A stretch of 47,727 nt of DNA from Anaerolineae bacterium (GCA_049969215.1 JBMFPH010000003.1:1-47727); one strand, 5' to 3'. Counted from the stretch's first letter, positions 20,001-29,603 are shown. Program-made: numbers and translations. Notes: generated by a model from the letters alone, not told the origin.

Positions 20001-20355
20001 TGCCCGTGGTCTGAAGACGGGCGACCAGGTGAAGATCATTTGTGCCAGCAATCCGGACGGTGTCTGGGATCTCCACAATGGCGTCCGCGTGCCGATGATC
20101 GGCAGAGTGAAAGTAACCGAGGGCATACGACCAGGTGTGATTTCTTTTGCGCTGGGCTTCGGCCACTTTGCCTATGGCGGGGTGGACTTTCAAATAGATG
20201 GAGTGTTGATCAAAGGGGATTCGCGCCGCACCCGAGGGTTCCATGCGAATGCGGCGATGCGCGTGGATCCTTACTTGGGCAACACACCGTTGGTGGATCC
20301 GGTTGGTGGCAGCGCCGTCTTCTACGACACGATGGTCAAAGTGGTGAAAGTTTGA
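17086..20355 (+). CDS. Tat-exported Mo/W-bisPGD oxidoreductase catalytic subunit (TtrA/SrdA clade)
   Basis: SRRDFIK Tat motif; CxxCxxxC...CPKG Fe-S motif; HTTVCQ putative Cys ligand; [16 protein letters not shown]; C-terminal GFGH.AYG. 1089 aa; B-C-A gene order. Confidence 0.88.
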   Translation: MATQKSVPQSYNDKESRVSAFSRRDFIKMSGLMCGTAAFLGWRPDFHQLVASQAAATEIPLHSLENQIYTVCLQCNTVCGIKVKLLDGVAAKIDGNPYSPWTMAPHLDYETPFAQTGTVEGAICPKGQAGLQTVYDPYRIVKVLKRKPGTKRGENQWITIDFDTALDEIVNGGDLFGEGPVPGLKESYALKDPAVAKEMAAAVKAILAEKDTAKKLALVEDFKVKFKDYLDTLIDPDHPDWGPKNNQVVFNWGRLKGGRSDFINRFMRDGFGSTNTHGHTTVCQGSLYFAGKAMSEKLVDGKWTGGDKFYWQGDVRNSEFVIFVGASPFEGNYGPPLRVPALTVGATDKGLKYVVVDPRLSKVAAKAWKWLPIRPGTEGAMALALIQWVLDNERYDKAYLAAVNKAAAAAAGNPTWTEAAWLVKLDENGTPTTFLRASEIGLKEKEPRPLSTDPEKTYEFDYFVTLVNGEPVAFDPYADKPEDAVSGDLFVNGMQLGAFTVKSVLQIISDAAHEHTLEEWAEICGLRVTDLVEVAREFTSHGKRACADIHRGVSQHTNGFYNVLAWYTLNALIGNYDFAGGMIKLSTYDAAGSKPGQPFPLSKLNPGAMPPFGTSIIRHDAKYQESVLYARLPEDQRYPAKRNWYPLSSDVYQEVIPSIGDTYPYPVKALFMYMGSPVYALPAGHKLIEILSDPKKLPLFIAFDITIGETSMYADYIFPDTSYLERWEFNGSHPSVPFKVQGIRQPAIAPLTGEVTVFGQTMPLNMEAVLLGLAERLGLKNFGPGGLGEAGDLSHQDDLYLPMVANVAFGEKEDGSDAVPDADAEELRLFEQARRHLPKSVFDPERWKRIVGEALWPKVVYVLNRGGRFQNFAKGYKGNQVANQYGRLINIYQEKTYSTKSAMTGEHLVGYARYFPAPVDVLGRPVEDGAEYDLRLITHREQVMTKSRTSGNYWLTAIMPENVVLMNSADAAARGLKTGDQVKIICASNPDGVWDLHNGVRVPMIGRVKVTEGIRPGVISFALGFGHFAYGGVDFQIDGVLIKGDSRRTRGFHANAAMRVDPYLGNTPLVDPVGGSAVFYDTMVKVVKV

Positions 20356-20379
20356 GACATTTCCTCAACCACTAGGGGG

Positions 20380-20440
20380 CGGGGAAGCGTTATCGGGTTG
20401 GATGATCCGCTCTGACCGATGCGCTTCCCCGTATTCTTTA
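20380..20440 (+). terminator. Hairpin after the molybdoenzyme operon
   Basis: CGGGGAAGCG (20380-20389) pairs with CGCTTCCCCG (20422-20431), followed by TATTCTTTA. Confidence 0.55.
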
Positions 20441-20544
20441 TCGAGCATCCTTTGATGTCCTGGGCCTTTTCATTTCTCTGAGGCTGTATCTCGAGTGCTT
20501 CCCCCGACTGGACAATGTGAGCCGTTCGGAATGCAAGCTATAGC

Positions 20545-20584
20545 TTGACTTCCGCGCGCATATATGTTATAATGTTGTTACATT
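20545..20584 (+). promoter_or_regulatory. Promoter of the GntR sugar operon with a candidate operator
   Basis: TTGACT-N17-TATAAT (20545-20573) with a TGn extension; overlapping near-palindrome AATGTTGTTACATT. Confidence 0.75.
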
Positions 20585-20596
20585 TGGTCAATCGGA

Positions 20597-21364
20597 ATGA
20601 TGGATATGCCTTCTGCTCCTGCCAGCCTGTCTGGTTTGCTCATCGACCGCAACAGCAAGCTGCCACTGTACCATCAGCTCTATGAGATCCTGCGCAGGCA
20701 CATCATCAGTGGTGCCTGGCAACCCGGCGAGATGATCCCGCCCGAGTCGGAATTGGTCCAGCAGTACCACGTGAGCCGCACCACCGTGCGCCAGGTGCTG
20801 GACCTGCTGGTCAAAGAGGGGCTCATCTTCCGCCAGCGTGGTCGCGGCTCCTTCGTGGCATACCCAACTGTGGAGCAGGGATTGACGCGCATCATCAGCT
20901 TCACCGAGGACATGCGCCGTCGTGGCCTGCGACCGGGCACTCAGGTGCTCTCAGCAGAGCTCATCCGTGCACCATCCGACATTGCAGCACACTTGCACAT
21001 ATCCCCTGGGGAGGAGCTGGCTCTGCTGAAACGGCTGCGCCTGGCCGACGACGAGCCGATGAGCATCGAAGAATCCCACCTGGTACACCGTTATTGCCCG
21101 GGTGTGTTGCGCTATGACTATGCCGCCCAGCCCCTGCGCGAGACACTGGAACGCGAGTATGGCATCCGCCTGGTGCGCGCTCGGCAGACCATTCGGGCCA
21201 TCGCGGCGCCGATCATCATCGCGCACCTGCTAAAACTGCCGGCGCGCGCCCCTCTCTTGTACGTGGAACGCGTTTCCTACACCCAAGGCGACGTGCCCGT
21301 GGAGTATCTGCGCTATTATCACCGCGGCGACCGCTACGTGCTCTATGCTGAACTGCAAGGTTGA
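20597..21364 (+). CDS. GntR-family regulator, HutC/UTRA subfamily
   Basis: PLYHQL, IPPESEL..QYHVSRTTVRQ and RGRGSFV wHTH motifs; UTRA domain ending HRGDRY. Confidence 0.95.
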   Translation: MMDMPSAPASLSGLLIDRNSKLPLYHQLYEILRRHIISGAWQPGEMIPPESELVQQYHVSRTTVRQVLDLLVKEGLIFRQRGRGSFVAYPTVEQGLTRIISFTEDMRRRGLRPGTQVLSAELIRAPSDIAAHLHISPGEELALLKRLRLADDEPMSIEESHLVHRYCPGVLRYDYAAQPLRETLEREYGIRLVRARQTIRAIAAPIIIAHLLKLPARAPLLYVERVSYTQGDVPVEYLRYYHRGDRYVLYAELQG

Positions 21365-21444
21365 TCCATCTGGCACCGCTTGGGTTGCCGGATAAACGAA
21401 AGCAGAAAGGGTCATACCATCTATAAGCAAGGAGAAGCGTTGCA

Positions 21445-22404
21445 ATGGACATCGTATGCCTGGGTGAACTGTTGGTGGACATGTTTCCTGCCGAGTATGG
21501 CCGCCGACTAGCGGAAGTCTCGGCATTTTTGCCCAAGCCAGGGGGCGCGCCGGCAAACGCCGCCGTGGCCGCTGCCCGTCTAGGAGCGCACAGCGCCTTT
21601 ATTGGCAAGGTGGGGGATGACGCATTTGGCCACCACCTGGTTGAGGTTATGCGCACCAACGGCGTGGACACGCGCGGCATCCGCTTCGACCGCGAAGCGC
21701 GCACCACACTGGCCTTTATCGCCAAGCCAGATGCCAACACCCAAGAGTTCGTCTTCTATCGCAATCCCGGCGCCGACACGCGCCTGCGCCCGGATGAGCT
21801 GGATCGCGAGCTGCTGCAGGGAACGCGCGTGCTCCATTTCGGCTCACTCAGTCTGGGCGCAGAACCCATTCGCAGTGCCACCTGGGAGGCACTCAAGCTG
21901 GCACGCCAGGGTGGCGCACTGATTTCCTTTGATGTCAATTATCGCCCCTCTCTCTGGGAAAGCCCCCAACAGGCGCTGGATCAAGTCAAATCGATGATCC
22001 CCCACGTGGACCTGGTGAAGGTGAACGAGATCGAATTGGAGCTCTTGACCGGCAGCCAGGAGAGCGCCGCCAGCCAACGCTTGCTCGAGCTGGGTCCCCG
22101 CCTGGTCGTGGTCACTTTGGGACCATTGGGCAGCTATTTTGCAACTCCTGAAGGCGGTGAGCACGTGCCTCCCTTCCAGGTGGAGGCGGTGGACGCGACC
22201 GGGTGTGGGGATGCCTTCATCGCTGGCCTGTTGTGGCAGCTCATCGCCGCTGGGGATTGGCGTGCACAGCTGACCCCGGAACGTTTGCGTTCCATCTTGC
22301 GCTATGCCAATGCGGTGGGCGCCTTGACCGCCACGAAGGTGGGCGTCATCCCTGCCTTGCCCACTGCGGCACAAGTGGAGGAGTTTCTCAGTCAGGTAAC
22401 ATAA
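21445..22404 (+). CDS. PfkB-family sugar kinase (fructokinase-like)
   Basis: GGAPAN, GKVGDDAFG, FDVNYRP.LW and DATGCGDAF motifs. Confidence 0.93.
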   Translation: MDIVCLGELLVDMFPAEYGRRLAEVSAFLPKPGGAPANAAVAAARLGAHSAFIGKVGDDAFGHHLVEVMRTNGVDTRGIRFDREARTTLAFIAKPDANTQEFVFYRNPGADTRLRPDELDRELLQGTRVLHFGSLSLGAEPIRSATWEALKLARQGGALISFDVNYRPSLWESPQQALDQVKSMIPHVDLVKVNEIELELLTGSQESAASQRLLELGPRLVVVTLGPLGSYFATPEGGEHVPPFQVEAVDATGCGDAFIAGLLWQLIAAGDWRAQLTPERLRSILRYANAVGALTATKVGVIPALPTAAQVEEFLSQVT

Positions 22405-22470
22405 CCGATCTCCGCTGCAAACGCGGCGCGGGCTTGGTATATCACGAGAGAAAGGGGTAAAGCATTGCAT

Positions 22471-23307
22471 ATGACGGTGACAACTCAGTTGGTGGATATC
22501 GACGCGCTCAAGGAACGGGCGCGCAGCTTGCGCCTGGACATCCTGGACATGACCACCAAAGCGGCTTCTGGCCATCCATCTAGCAGTTGGTCATGTGTGG
22601 AGATTCTGACTGCGCTCTACTTCGGGGGTATCCTGCGCTACCATCCGGATGACCCCTGGTGGCCTGAACGCGATCGTTTCATCATGAGTAAGGGGCACGC
22701 CGCACCGGCCTTGTACGCCGTGCTGGCAGCGGCCGGCTATTTCAGCCGCGATCTGCTCTGGACGCTGCGCCAGGTGGACAGCCCCGTTCAGGGACATCCG
22801 ATCCAGGGCCTGTTGCCCGGCGTCGAGGCGACCACTGGCTCGCTGGGTCAGGGGCTCTCACTCGGTCTGGGTCACGTGCTAGGGGGACGCCTCAACGGCC
22901 TCACCTATCGGGTGTACGTGTTATTGGGCGACGGCGAATGCCAGGCAGGCCAGGTTTGGGAGGCAGCTATGGCCGCTGCCCACTTCAAGGCGGACAACCT
23001 GCACGCTATTGTGGACTATAACAAGTACCAGGAAACCGGCCCCATCAGCCGTGAGATGGCACTGGAACCCTTCATCGAGAAATGGCGGGGTTTCGGCTGG
23101 CACGTCGAAGAGGTGGACGGACACGATATCGCGGCGTTGATCGAGGTATTGCAAGCGGTGCAACAGGTGGAGGGACAACCTTCGGTGATCATCGCCCACA
23201 CGGTTAAGGGCAAGGGCGTTTCGTTCGTTGAGGCGGACTATACATTCCACGGCCGCGCGCTCACCCCGGAGCAAGCGGCCCGCGCGCGAGAGGAGTTGTT
23301 GCGATGA
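22471..23307 (+). CDS. Split transketolase, N-terminal TPP-binding subunit
   Basis: SGHP, DRFIMSKGHAAP, GSLGQG, GDGE...N and HTVKGKG motifs. Confidence 0.93.
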   Translation: MTVTTQLVDIDALKERARSLRLDILDMTTKAASGHPSSSWSCVEILTALYFGGILRYHPDDPWWPERDRFIMSKGHAAPALYAVLAAAGYFSRDLLWTLRQVDSPVQGHPIQGLLPGVEATTGSLGQGLSLGLGHVLGGRLNGLTYRVYVLLGDGECQAGQVWEAAMAAAHFKADNLHAIVDYNKYQETGPISREMALEPFIEKWRGFGWHVEEVDGHDIAALIEVLQAVQQVEGQPSVIIAHTVKGKGVSFVEADYTFHGRALTPEQAARAREELLR

Positions 23308-24272
23308 GATTGGGAGAAAGAGCTGGACTCAAACCTGCCAAGCCGATGCGCGATGTCTTTGGAGACGCGCTGTTAGAGGTATGTCGGCGCAATCCGCGTG
23401 TGGTAGTGCTCGATGGAGATCTGGGTAATTCCACCAAAGCGGAGACGGTGCGCCACGCCTTTCCTGAACGGTTTTTCAATCTGGGCATTGCCGAGAGCAA
23501 CCTGGTATGCGTGGGGGCAGGCCTGGCTGCTTGTGGATTCATCCCCTTCATCACCAGCTTCTCCTCCTTCCTGCTATGTAATGCCTATGATCAGCTGCGA
23601 CTAGCAATCGCCTTGTCGAATATCAACGCCAAGGTCTTGGGTAGCCACGGCGGTATCACGTTAGGGAAGGATGGCCCCACCCAGATGGGCATCGAAGATT
23701 TGGCACTCGTGGGCGGCATGCCCACTTTCGTGATGCTGGTGCCCAGCGACCCTGCCTCAATGCACAAAGCGGTGCAAGCTGCGGTGGATCACGTCGGGCC
23801 GGTATGGTTGCGCTCCAGCCGCGTGGCGATGCCCCATATCTATCCCGAAGACAACTGCCCATTCTCCATCGGCAAAGCCAACGTGGTGCGCCAGGGCAGC
23901 GATGTGACGATCATTGGCTGCGGCATTATGGTAGCGATGGCGCTGGACGCCGCCGCTATCCTGGCCGAGGAGGGTATCCAGGCACGTGTAGTGGATATGC
24001 ACACCCTGCGCCCGATGGACAAGGAGACGATCGTCGCCGCCGCGTGTGAGACCGGTGCCATCGTGACCGCCGAGGAGCACCTGCTCACCGGTGGCATGGG
24101 CAGCAACATCGCGCGTATCGTCGCTTCCACCCATCCGGTGCCGATGCGTTTTGTGGGACTGGCGGACACCTACACCGAGTCGGGCGACCCTGAGGATCTG
24201 CTGCGAAAGTATGGCCTGACCGCCGAGCACATCGCAGCCGCGGCGCGCGAGGCAGTGGCGGCGAAGCGGTGA
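23304..24272 (+). CDS. Split transketolase, C-terminal subunit
   Basis: GIAESN, DGPTQ, VDMHTLRP.D and EEH...GG.G motifs; ATGA overlap with the N subunit. Confidence 0.93.
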   Translation: MRLGERAGLKPAKPMRDVFGDALLEVCRRNPRVVVLDGDLGNSTKAETVRHAFPERFFNLGIAESNLVCVGAGLAACGFIPFITSFSSFLLCNAYDQLRLAIALSNINAKVLGSHGGITLGKDGPTQMGIEDLALVGGMPTFVMLVPSDPASMHKAVQAAVDHVGPVWLRSSRVAMPHIYPEDNCPFSIGKANVVRQGSDVTIIGCGIMVAMALDAAAILAEEGIQARVVDMHTLRPMDKETIVAAACETGAIVTAEEHLLTGGMGSNIARIVASTHPVPMRFVGLADTYTESGDPEDLLRKYGLTAEHIAAAAREAVAAKR

Positions 24273-24360
24273 GGAGAACTCGATTCTTTTAAGGGGTGGG
24301 TTTTCGGGACATCGACAAGAGGGATGACTCCAACCAAAGCGCGCACGTGAGCAGGCAGGA

Positions 24361-24403
24361 CTCCCTCTCCCTCCCCGGGTGGAGAGGGTTGGGGTGCGGG
24401 GGC
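24361..24403 (-). repeat. REP-like palindromic element (CCCC.CACCCCAACCCTCTCC...GGGAGAGGG type)
   Basis: CCCTCTCC (24363-24370)-N10-GGAGAGGG (24381-24388) stem, followed by TTGGGGTGCGGGGG. Confidence 0.6.
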
Positions 24404-24432
24404 ATATCTGCTCCCTGATGGTCGCGGCTCGG

Positions 24433-24477
24433 ATCAGCACGCAGCCGCGCGGCGAGGGATTGATAACGGGCGATCAT
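24433..24477 (-). pseudogene. N-terminal stub of a probable HEPN (HepT-like) toxin gene
   Basis: ATG 24477 overlaps the inferred ancestral MNT stop (ATGA); MIARYQSLAARLRAD then runs into REP-derived sequence. Confidence 0.55.
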
Positions 24478-24858
24478 AGTTCTATGCCTTGAGTGTTGAT
24501 TGTGATCCAGCAGGCTGGGGGAAGCAGTCTCCAAAGGGATCAGGTTGATCTCGAACTCGGACGCCAGCCGCTCAATCGCGCCCCATGCGCGCCAGAAGTC
24601 GGCCGGCGGAATCCCCTCGGCTGCCAGGTCAATGTCGGAATGCCGACCGAACCGTCTGGGGTCGAGCGCCGAACCATAGAGAACGACGCGCGTGGCGGCA
24701 TATTGCTCCTTGAGCAATTGAGCAGCCGTGCGCGCTACACTCAGCGCGCGTTCGCGACGCGCAGCAGCCGCGCGCACGGCTTGTGCCTCACGTCGGCGAG
24801 CAGTACGGCGATAGGCTTCCATCTGCTCGGGCGTAATGGTGCTTATCTCGCCTGTCAT
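24474..24858 (-). pseudogene. Minimal nucleotidyltransferase (MNT/MntA-like antitoxin), frameshifted near its C-terminus
   Basis: VVLYGS...F...SDIDLA motif. The expected end (ITINTQGIEL-stop, TGA 24476-24474) lies in the +1 frame, so the called ORF reads on to 24289. Confidence 0.78.
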
Positions 24859-24918
24859 ATGGATCACGTCTAACAACCGATCGAATGAAGCCTAATTCTC
24901 CTCGAAAGGAGTATAACC

Positions 24919-26211
24919 ATGATACAACAAGATCTGTTAGAATACCAACGCACGCATGGCCATCCCATCCGTGTCGGCGTCAGCGGCGCCGGCTGGCTGG
25001 GCAGCGGCTTTGTGACCGCCGTCTCCCACGTGGCCGGCATGACGGTGAACGTGCTGGCCGACACAGACGTAGCAGCAGCACGTCGGGCGTTCCTCAACAT
25101 CGGGGTGCCACCAGATCAAATCGTCGAGGCGGACCAACCCGGCCATGCGATGGACGCACTGCGTGCCGGCCGCCGCGTAGTGACCCCATCCTACGGACTG
25201 GCGGCTCAGCTGGAAGATGTGGACATCGTGGCCGACGCCACCCCTTCTCCGGCCATCGGGGCAGAGACGGCGTATGCATGCATCCAGCATGGTAAGGATG
25301 TCGTCATGGTCAACATCGAGGCGGACGTGACCGTGGGGCGCGTCCTGCACAAGATGGCACGCGAGGCAGGCGTGCTCTACACCGTCTCCTCCGGCGATGA
25401 ACCTGGTTGTCTGATGGAGCTGGTCGACTTTGTCAGCACATTGGGCTACGAGGTCATCGTGATCGGCAAGGGCAAGAACAATCCGCTCGATCCCACCGCC
25501 ACGCCGGACACAGTGGCCGAGGCGGCGCGTCGTGCCAACAAAGACCCCTTCCAGGTAGCATCGTACGTGGACGGCACCAAGACGATGTTCGAAATGACCT
25601 GCGCTGCTAATGCCACCGGTTGCGTCCCCATGCGACGCGGGATGGTGGGTCCGGAAGCGAACTTGGAGACCGTGTCGCAAATCTTCGCGCTGCAAGAGGA
25701 TGGCGGGATCACCCCCTTCCCGGGTGTGGTGGACTTCGTGCAGGGCAGCGCGATGACAGGCGGGGTGTTCGTCACTGTGCGCGTCCACGACCAGCGCATT
25801 CGTGACGACCTGCAATATCTTAAAGTGGGCAAGGGGAAGTACTTCACCTTCTTCCGTCCCTATCACCTATGGTTCTTAGAGGCGCCCATCTCGGTGGCGC
25901 GGGCCTGTCTCTATCGTCAGGCGACACTGGTGCCGCTCGACCACCCCGTCGCCGAGGTGATGACCATCGCCAAACGTGACCTGAAGCCCGGCGAGCGCCT
26001 GGACGATTTCGGCGGTTACACCTTCTATGGGTGCAACGACCGCGCCGAGGTGGCACGCAGCCTGAATGCGCTGCCGGTGGGCCTGGCGCCAGGTGCTGTT
26101 ATGAAGCGCGCGGTCGCGGCCGGCAGTGTCATCACATGGGATGATGTCCAGTTGGACGAGAGCCAGATTGTGGTACAATTAAGGCGACGCCAGGATGCAT
26201 TGGCGAGCTAA
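24919..26211 (+). CDS. NAD(P)-dependent oxidoreductase with C-terminal SAF domain (homoserine-dehydrogenase-like, COG4091)
   Basis: GVSGAGWLG Rossmann motif; NIEADVTVG, GDEPG, GKGKNN, DGTKTMFE, FRPYHL and SAF AKRDLKPGE.LD motifs. Confidence 0.9.
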   Translation: MIQQDLLEYQRTHGHPIRVGVSGAGWLGSGFVTAVSHVAGMTVNVLADTDVAAARRAFLNIGVPPDQIVEADQPGHAMDALRAGRRVVTPSYGLAAQLEDVDIVADATPSPAIGAETAYACIQHGKDVVMVNIEADVTVGRVLHKMAREAGVLYTVSSGDEPGCLMELVDFVSTLGYEVIVIGKGKNNPLDPTATPDTVAEAARRANKDPFQVASYVDGTKTMFEMTCAANATGCVPMRRGMVGPEANLETVSQIFALQEDGGITPFPGVVDFVQGSAMTGGVFVTVRVHDQRIRDDLQYLKVGKGKYFTFFRPYHLWFLEAPISVARACLYRQATLVPLDHPVAEVMTIAKRDLKPGERLDDFGGYTFYGCNDRAEVARSLNALPVGLAPGAVMKRAVAAGSVITWDDVQLDESQIVVQLRRRQDALAS

Positions 26212-26235
26212 TTTCTCGTTCAGGAGTCATATCCG

Positions 26236-27150
26236 ATGCCCGCTTCTCCTACTACCGATCAGGTTATCCGCACCGCCCGTCAAAAAGGATTGGTCGTGCC
26301 CGGTTTCAACATCCCCTATCTGCCTATGATGGAGCCGGTTGTGCGTGCCATTGTGGACCAGGATTGTTTTGCCCTGATAGAGACGGCGCGCCTGGAATGG
26401 ATCAAGTTCGAGGCGCGCAGTGCCGCAGCCGTCATGAAAGAGTATCAGAAATGGGCACAGCCCGATTACATGCGCATCCACCTGGACCACGTGCCGGTCA
26501 TCGATGAGGACCTGCAGCGGGTGGACTACCTGGAGATCATCCGTGAGGCGCTCGATCTGGGATATGAGTCGGTGATGGTGGATGGCTCGCGCCTGCCGCT
26601 GGAGGACAACATCAAGGCGACGCGCCAGGTGGTGGAGATGGCGCACCGTCGCGGCGTGCCGGTTGAGGCCGAGCTGGGCGCCGTGATGGGGCATGAGGCG
26701 GGCCCGTTGCCACCCTACGAGGAGCTGTTCGCCAGCGGGAGAGGATTTACCGATGTGGAGGAGGCACGCCGCTTCGCGCGCGAGAGTGGATGTGACTGGC
26801 TCTCCGTGGCAGCCGGGAACATCCACGGCGCTGTATCGGGCATCGCGCGCGATCAGCCCAAAGTCGAGGCGCGCCTCAACCTGGAACACCTTGAAAAGCT
26901 CTACCAGGCGACCGGCCTGCCGTTGGTGCTGCACGGCGGCTCGGGCATCAAGCGCGACAATGTGCTGGAGGCGATCAAGCGAGGCATTGCCAAGGTTAAC
27001 ATCGGCACCGAGATTCGCCAGGCGTATGAGCAGGCTTGGCGTGCCACCGGCAGCATTGCCAGGGCACAGGACGCCTGTTACGAGCGCACCTGCTGGGTCA
27101 TCCGCGACTACTTCGGCATCGCCGGCGACCGGGCGCAGCTGATGGGATGA
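26236..27150 (+). CDS. Class II ketose-bisphosphate aldolase family protein
   Basis: HLDH, SVMVDGS, VEAELG, GNIHG, LVLHGGSG and KVNIGT motifs. Confidence 0.92.
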   Translation: MPASPTTDQVIRTARQKGLVVPGFNIPYLPMMEPVVRAIVDQDCFALIETARLEWIKFEARSAAAVMKEYQKWAQPDYMRIHLDHVPVIDEDLQRVDYLEIIREALDLGYESVMVDGSRLPLEDNIKATRQVVEMAHRRGVPVEAELGAVMGHEAGPLPPYEELFASGRGFTDVEEARRFARESGCDWLSVAAGNIHGAVSGIARDQPKVEARLNLEHLEKLYQATGLPLVLHGGSGIKRDNVLEAIKRGIAKVNIGTEIRQAYEQAWRATGSIARAQDACYERTCWVIRDYFGIAGDRAQLMG

Positions 27151-27193
27151 GCTTCGCGCACCGACCCAATACCTGATCGGTGCATGTGCCATC

Positions 27194-28453
27194 TTACCCC
27201 TGCAGGTAATGCCTTTCGTCCTCGGCGGTCCAGCGGGCTACCGTTAAGATTTCCGCAGTGCGACGGTGTGGATAAACCACTGCCTTACCATCCAGCGCCT
27301 GCGCTTTGATCATCTCCAGAAACTGAGGGGCATGCTCCAAGTCACCGATGCGCGTGATGTGGTTGCTGGCATCCACTTCACCGGCGGCCATCAGCTCCAG
27401 AGTGCGCGCGATATCCCACGGTGAACCGCCGCTGGAACCGGTGACGTTGATCTCCTGGTAGTGGATGATGCTGGTATCAAAGCCGACTACATCCTGGCCG
27501 CGTTTCAGCCCGCCGAACAGATTCAGGACGGCGCCGCGCCCTACATAAGTCTGCGCCGCTTCGATCGCCTTCGCCGAGCCTACTGCCACAATCACGTCGT
27601 CGGCACCGCGATAACCGGTGACCTCATTCACCAGGTTCTTCAGATCGGTTTGGCCGGGATTGACAGTGAGCAACACGATGCCCAGTTGTTCCGCGCGCGC
27701 GGAGAACAGGCGTTGCACGATGTCCAGTCGCTCTTGGATCAGATCGCTGCAGATGATCACCCGCGGGCGATAGTACATCGCCAGCTCTACGTGCATGCGT
27801 CCCATCGCGCCGGCGCCGATCACCACCGTCACACCACCCGGCTTGAGCCCCTTGATGACATTGCGCGCTGCCAGGGGCTTTTCCTGCACCAGATGCACGT
27901 GGTGATCCTGCGCTGAGATGACACACGACATCGGCTCGCTGATGGCCACATGCGCCGCCGCCATATCGGATCGCGGCAATGGCACCAGGCAATCGGCCGC
28001 CAGCACTTCCTCGGGGATGAGGATATACTCGGCCAGATGGCCGGGCAGGGTGTAGCCTACTGCAATTTTCTGAACCCCTTTCCCTCCGTTGCGATAGCGC
28101 TCCATGTGATTGATGGGCGCGTATTCCACCGCCGGCTGGATCACATAGCGTTCACCCACATGATAGCGATGGCGCAGCGCCTCACCGACCTCCACCAATG
28201 TGACAGCACCCTCATCCCCCAGGATAAGGGGATAACAACTGATGTCCCAGCCATAGAGGAGCGGATGCTCGGGGCCTTGCTCGATCAGCTTGATCAGCGA
28301 GGTACAGATGCCGGCAGCATCCACACGCGCCAATAGCTGGTGCGCGCCCGGCCGCGGCGTCGGCACATACTGCACACACAAATGGTCAAAGCCGGCGCCG
28401 TCGAGGGTTAACGCACGCATCTCAGCCGGAATGACAAACTCAGCATTACTCAT
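27194..28453 (-). CDS. MDR/Zn-binding dehydrogenase, sorbose-1-phosphate-reductase-like
   Basis: GICTS, PLILGDEG, EPMSCVI, GAGAMG, IHYQEI.VTGSSGG and GKAVVYP motifs. Confidence 0.8.
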   Translation of the reverse strand: MSNAEFVIPAEMRALTLDGAGFDHLCVQYVPTPRPGAHQLLARVDAAGICTSLIKLIEQGPEHPLLYGWDISCYPLILGDEGAVTLVEVGEALRHRYHVGERYVIQPAVEYAPINHMERYRNGGKGVQKIAVGYTLPGHLAEYILIPEEVLAADCLVPLPRSDMAAAHVAISEPMSCVISAQDHHVHLVQEKPLAARNVIKGLKPGGVTVVIGAGAMGRMHVELAMYYRPRVIICSDLIQERLDIVQRLFSARAEQLGIVLLTVNPGQTDLKNLVNEVTGYRGADDVIVAVGSAKAIEAAQTYVGRGAVLNLFGGLKRGQDVVGFDTSIIHYQEINVTGSSGGSPWDIARTLELMAAGEVDASNHITRIGDLEHAPQFLEMIKAQALDGKAVVYPHRRTAEILTVARWTAEDERHYLQG

Positions 28454-28562
28454 CGTTCTATTCCCTCACCACTGATTGGATATGGCACAGATCGCTCGCG
28501 CTGAGCGAGCCTATGCCACAATTCGCATTGGACGCTCTCACTTTCTCACGAAACGATAGCGA

Positions 28563-29603
28563 TCATCCCAGGATCAGCGCGAGCTCCACGTCATACGTGA
28601 CTGCCTCTCCGGGTTGCAGCATGACCAGAGTGCCGCGTTCACGCTCGGCAACCCGGCCATCCGGGTAGCAATTGCCGGGTTCAACTCCCAATACATACGT
28701 CTCACAGCCGGGCATTTTCCACTCCACCAGGCGCGGCAGGGTGCGCGTGTCAAAGATGACCTCCAGGGTTAACGAGCGCGTCCCGTCGGGCAATGGGAAG
28801 TTTGGATTCTCCACCCGTACGGTAGCTTTGCCGTCTTGGGTGCTCAGCTCTTCGTGGTAGTAGACGCGTTCCTGATAGCCGGGGGCGGGTGCCTGGAAGC
28901 GATCATAACCCTCCAGCGGTACGGATGGATAGCGCGGCTGCACGCGTCGTGACGGGAAATACATCCGTGTCTCCTCGCTCATCAGCGGGAAACCCAGGTT
29001 GAAGTGATAGAGGATCATATGTGGCACCGGCGCGAAGCTGAGGTTCTCGACCACGTCGTGGATGACGATGCGGTTCTGGCCAAGCCAGCTGCGGATTTCG
29101 CGCGTCAGGCGCAGGTGCTCACCGAAGATGATCGCCTCTTCGACGATTCCGGCGATGCGCATTTCATACTCATCACCCTGCCAGCGCCCTTCGGCGACGA
29201 CGTGGCGCGCCGGCAGGTGATGGGCGCGTCCGTGCAAGCCCAATTCCTGGTCACCGTCTTTGCACGGCACACCCACTTGAGTCAAGCCGCAGGTCATGAG
29301 CAGCCCACCGGCAGCCGTGCGCAACCACTCCAGACCGCGTGGATCATAATAGGCAGGATGCACGTCGCCATTGGGCCCCTGCCAGCTGAAAGGAACACCC
29401 GCGAATTCGGCCAGCGAGATGTCCAGGCAACGCTGTGGCGTGACGTAGTAAGCAAGTCCAGCGCCTGTGCGCACCTGAATTTGTTCCACGCCGCCCTCAA
29501 GGCCCTCGGTCAACGCCAAACGGCGTATGCCACCGATTTGCTCCAGTCTGCCGGCACGCGCTTCAACCTCACGTCGCTTCCAGGTACGTCCGTACAATTG
29601 CAT
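28563..29603 (-). CDS. Aldose-1-epimerase-like protein (DUF4432/DeoM-like)
   Basis: R.LDI, GGLL.TCGL, LHGR, MILYHFNLGFP and YVLGVEPGN motifs. Confidence 0.88.
   Translation of the reverse strand: MQLYGRTWKRREVEARAGRLEQIGGIRRLALTEGLEGGVEQIQVRTGAGLAYYVTPQRCLDISLAEFAGVPFSWQGPNGDVHPAYYDPRGLEWLRTAAGGLLMTCGLTQVGVPCKDGDQELGLHGRAHHLPARHVVAEGRWQGDEYEMRIAGIVEEAIIFGEHLRLTREIRSWLGQNRIVIHDVVENLSFAPVPHMILYHFNLGFPLMSEETRMYFPSRRVQPRYPSVPLEGYDRFQAPAPGYQERVYYHEELSTQDGKATVRVENPNFPLPDGTRSLTLEVIFDTRTLPRLVEWKMPGCETYVLGVEPGNCYPDGRVAERERGTLVMLQPGEAVTYDVELALILG

Noticed and set aside
24289-24876. 195-aa ORF as an intact novel protein
   Set aside because: Better explained as a frameshifted MNT, a toxin stub and translated REP sequence.
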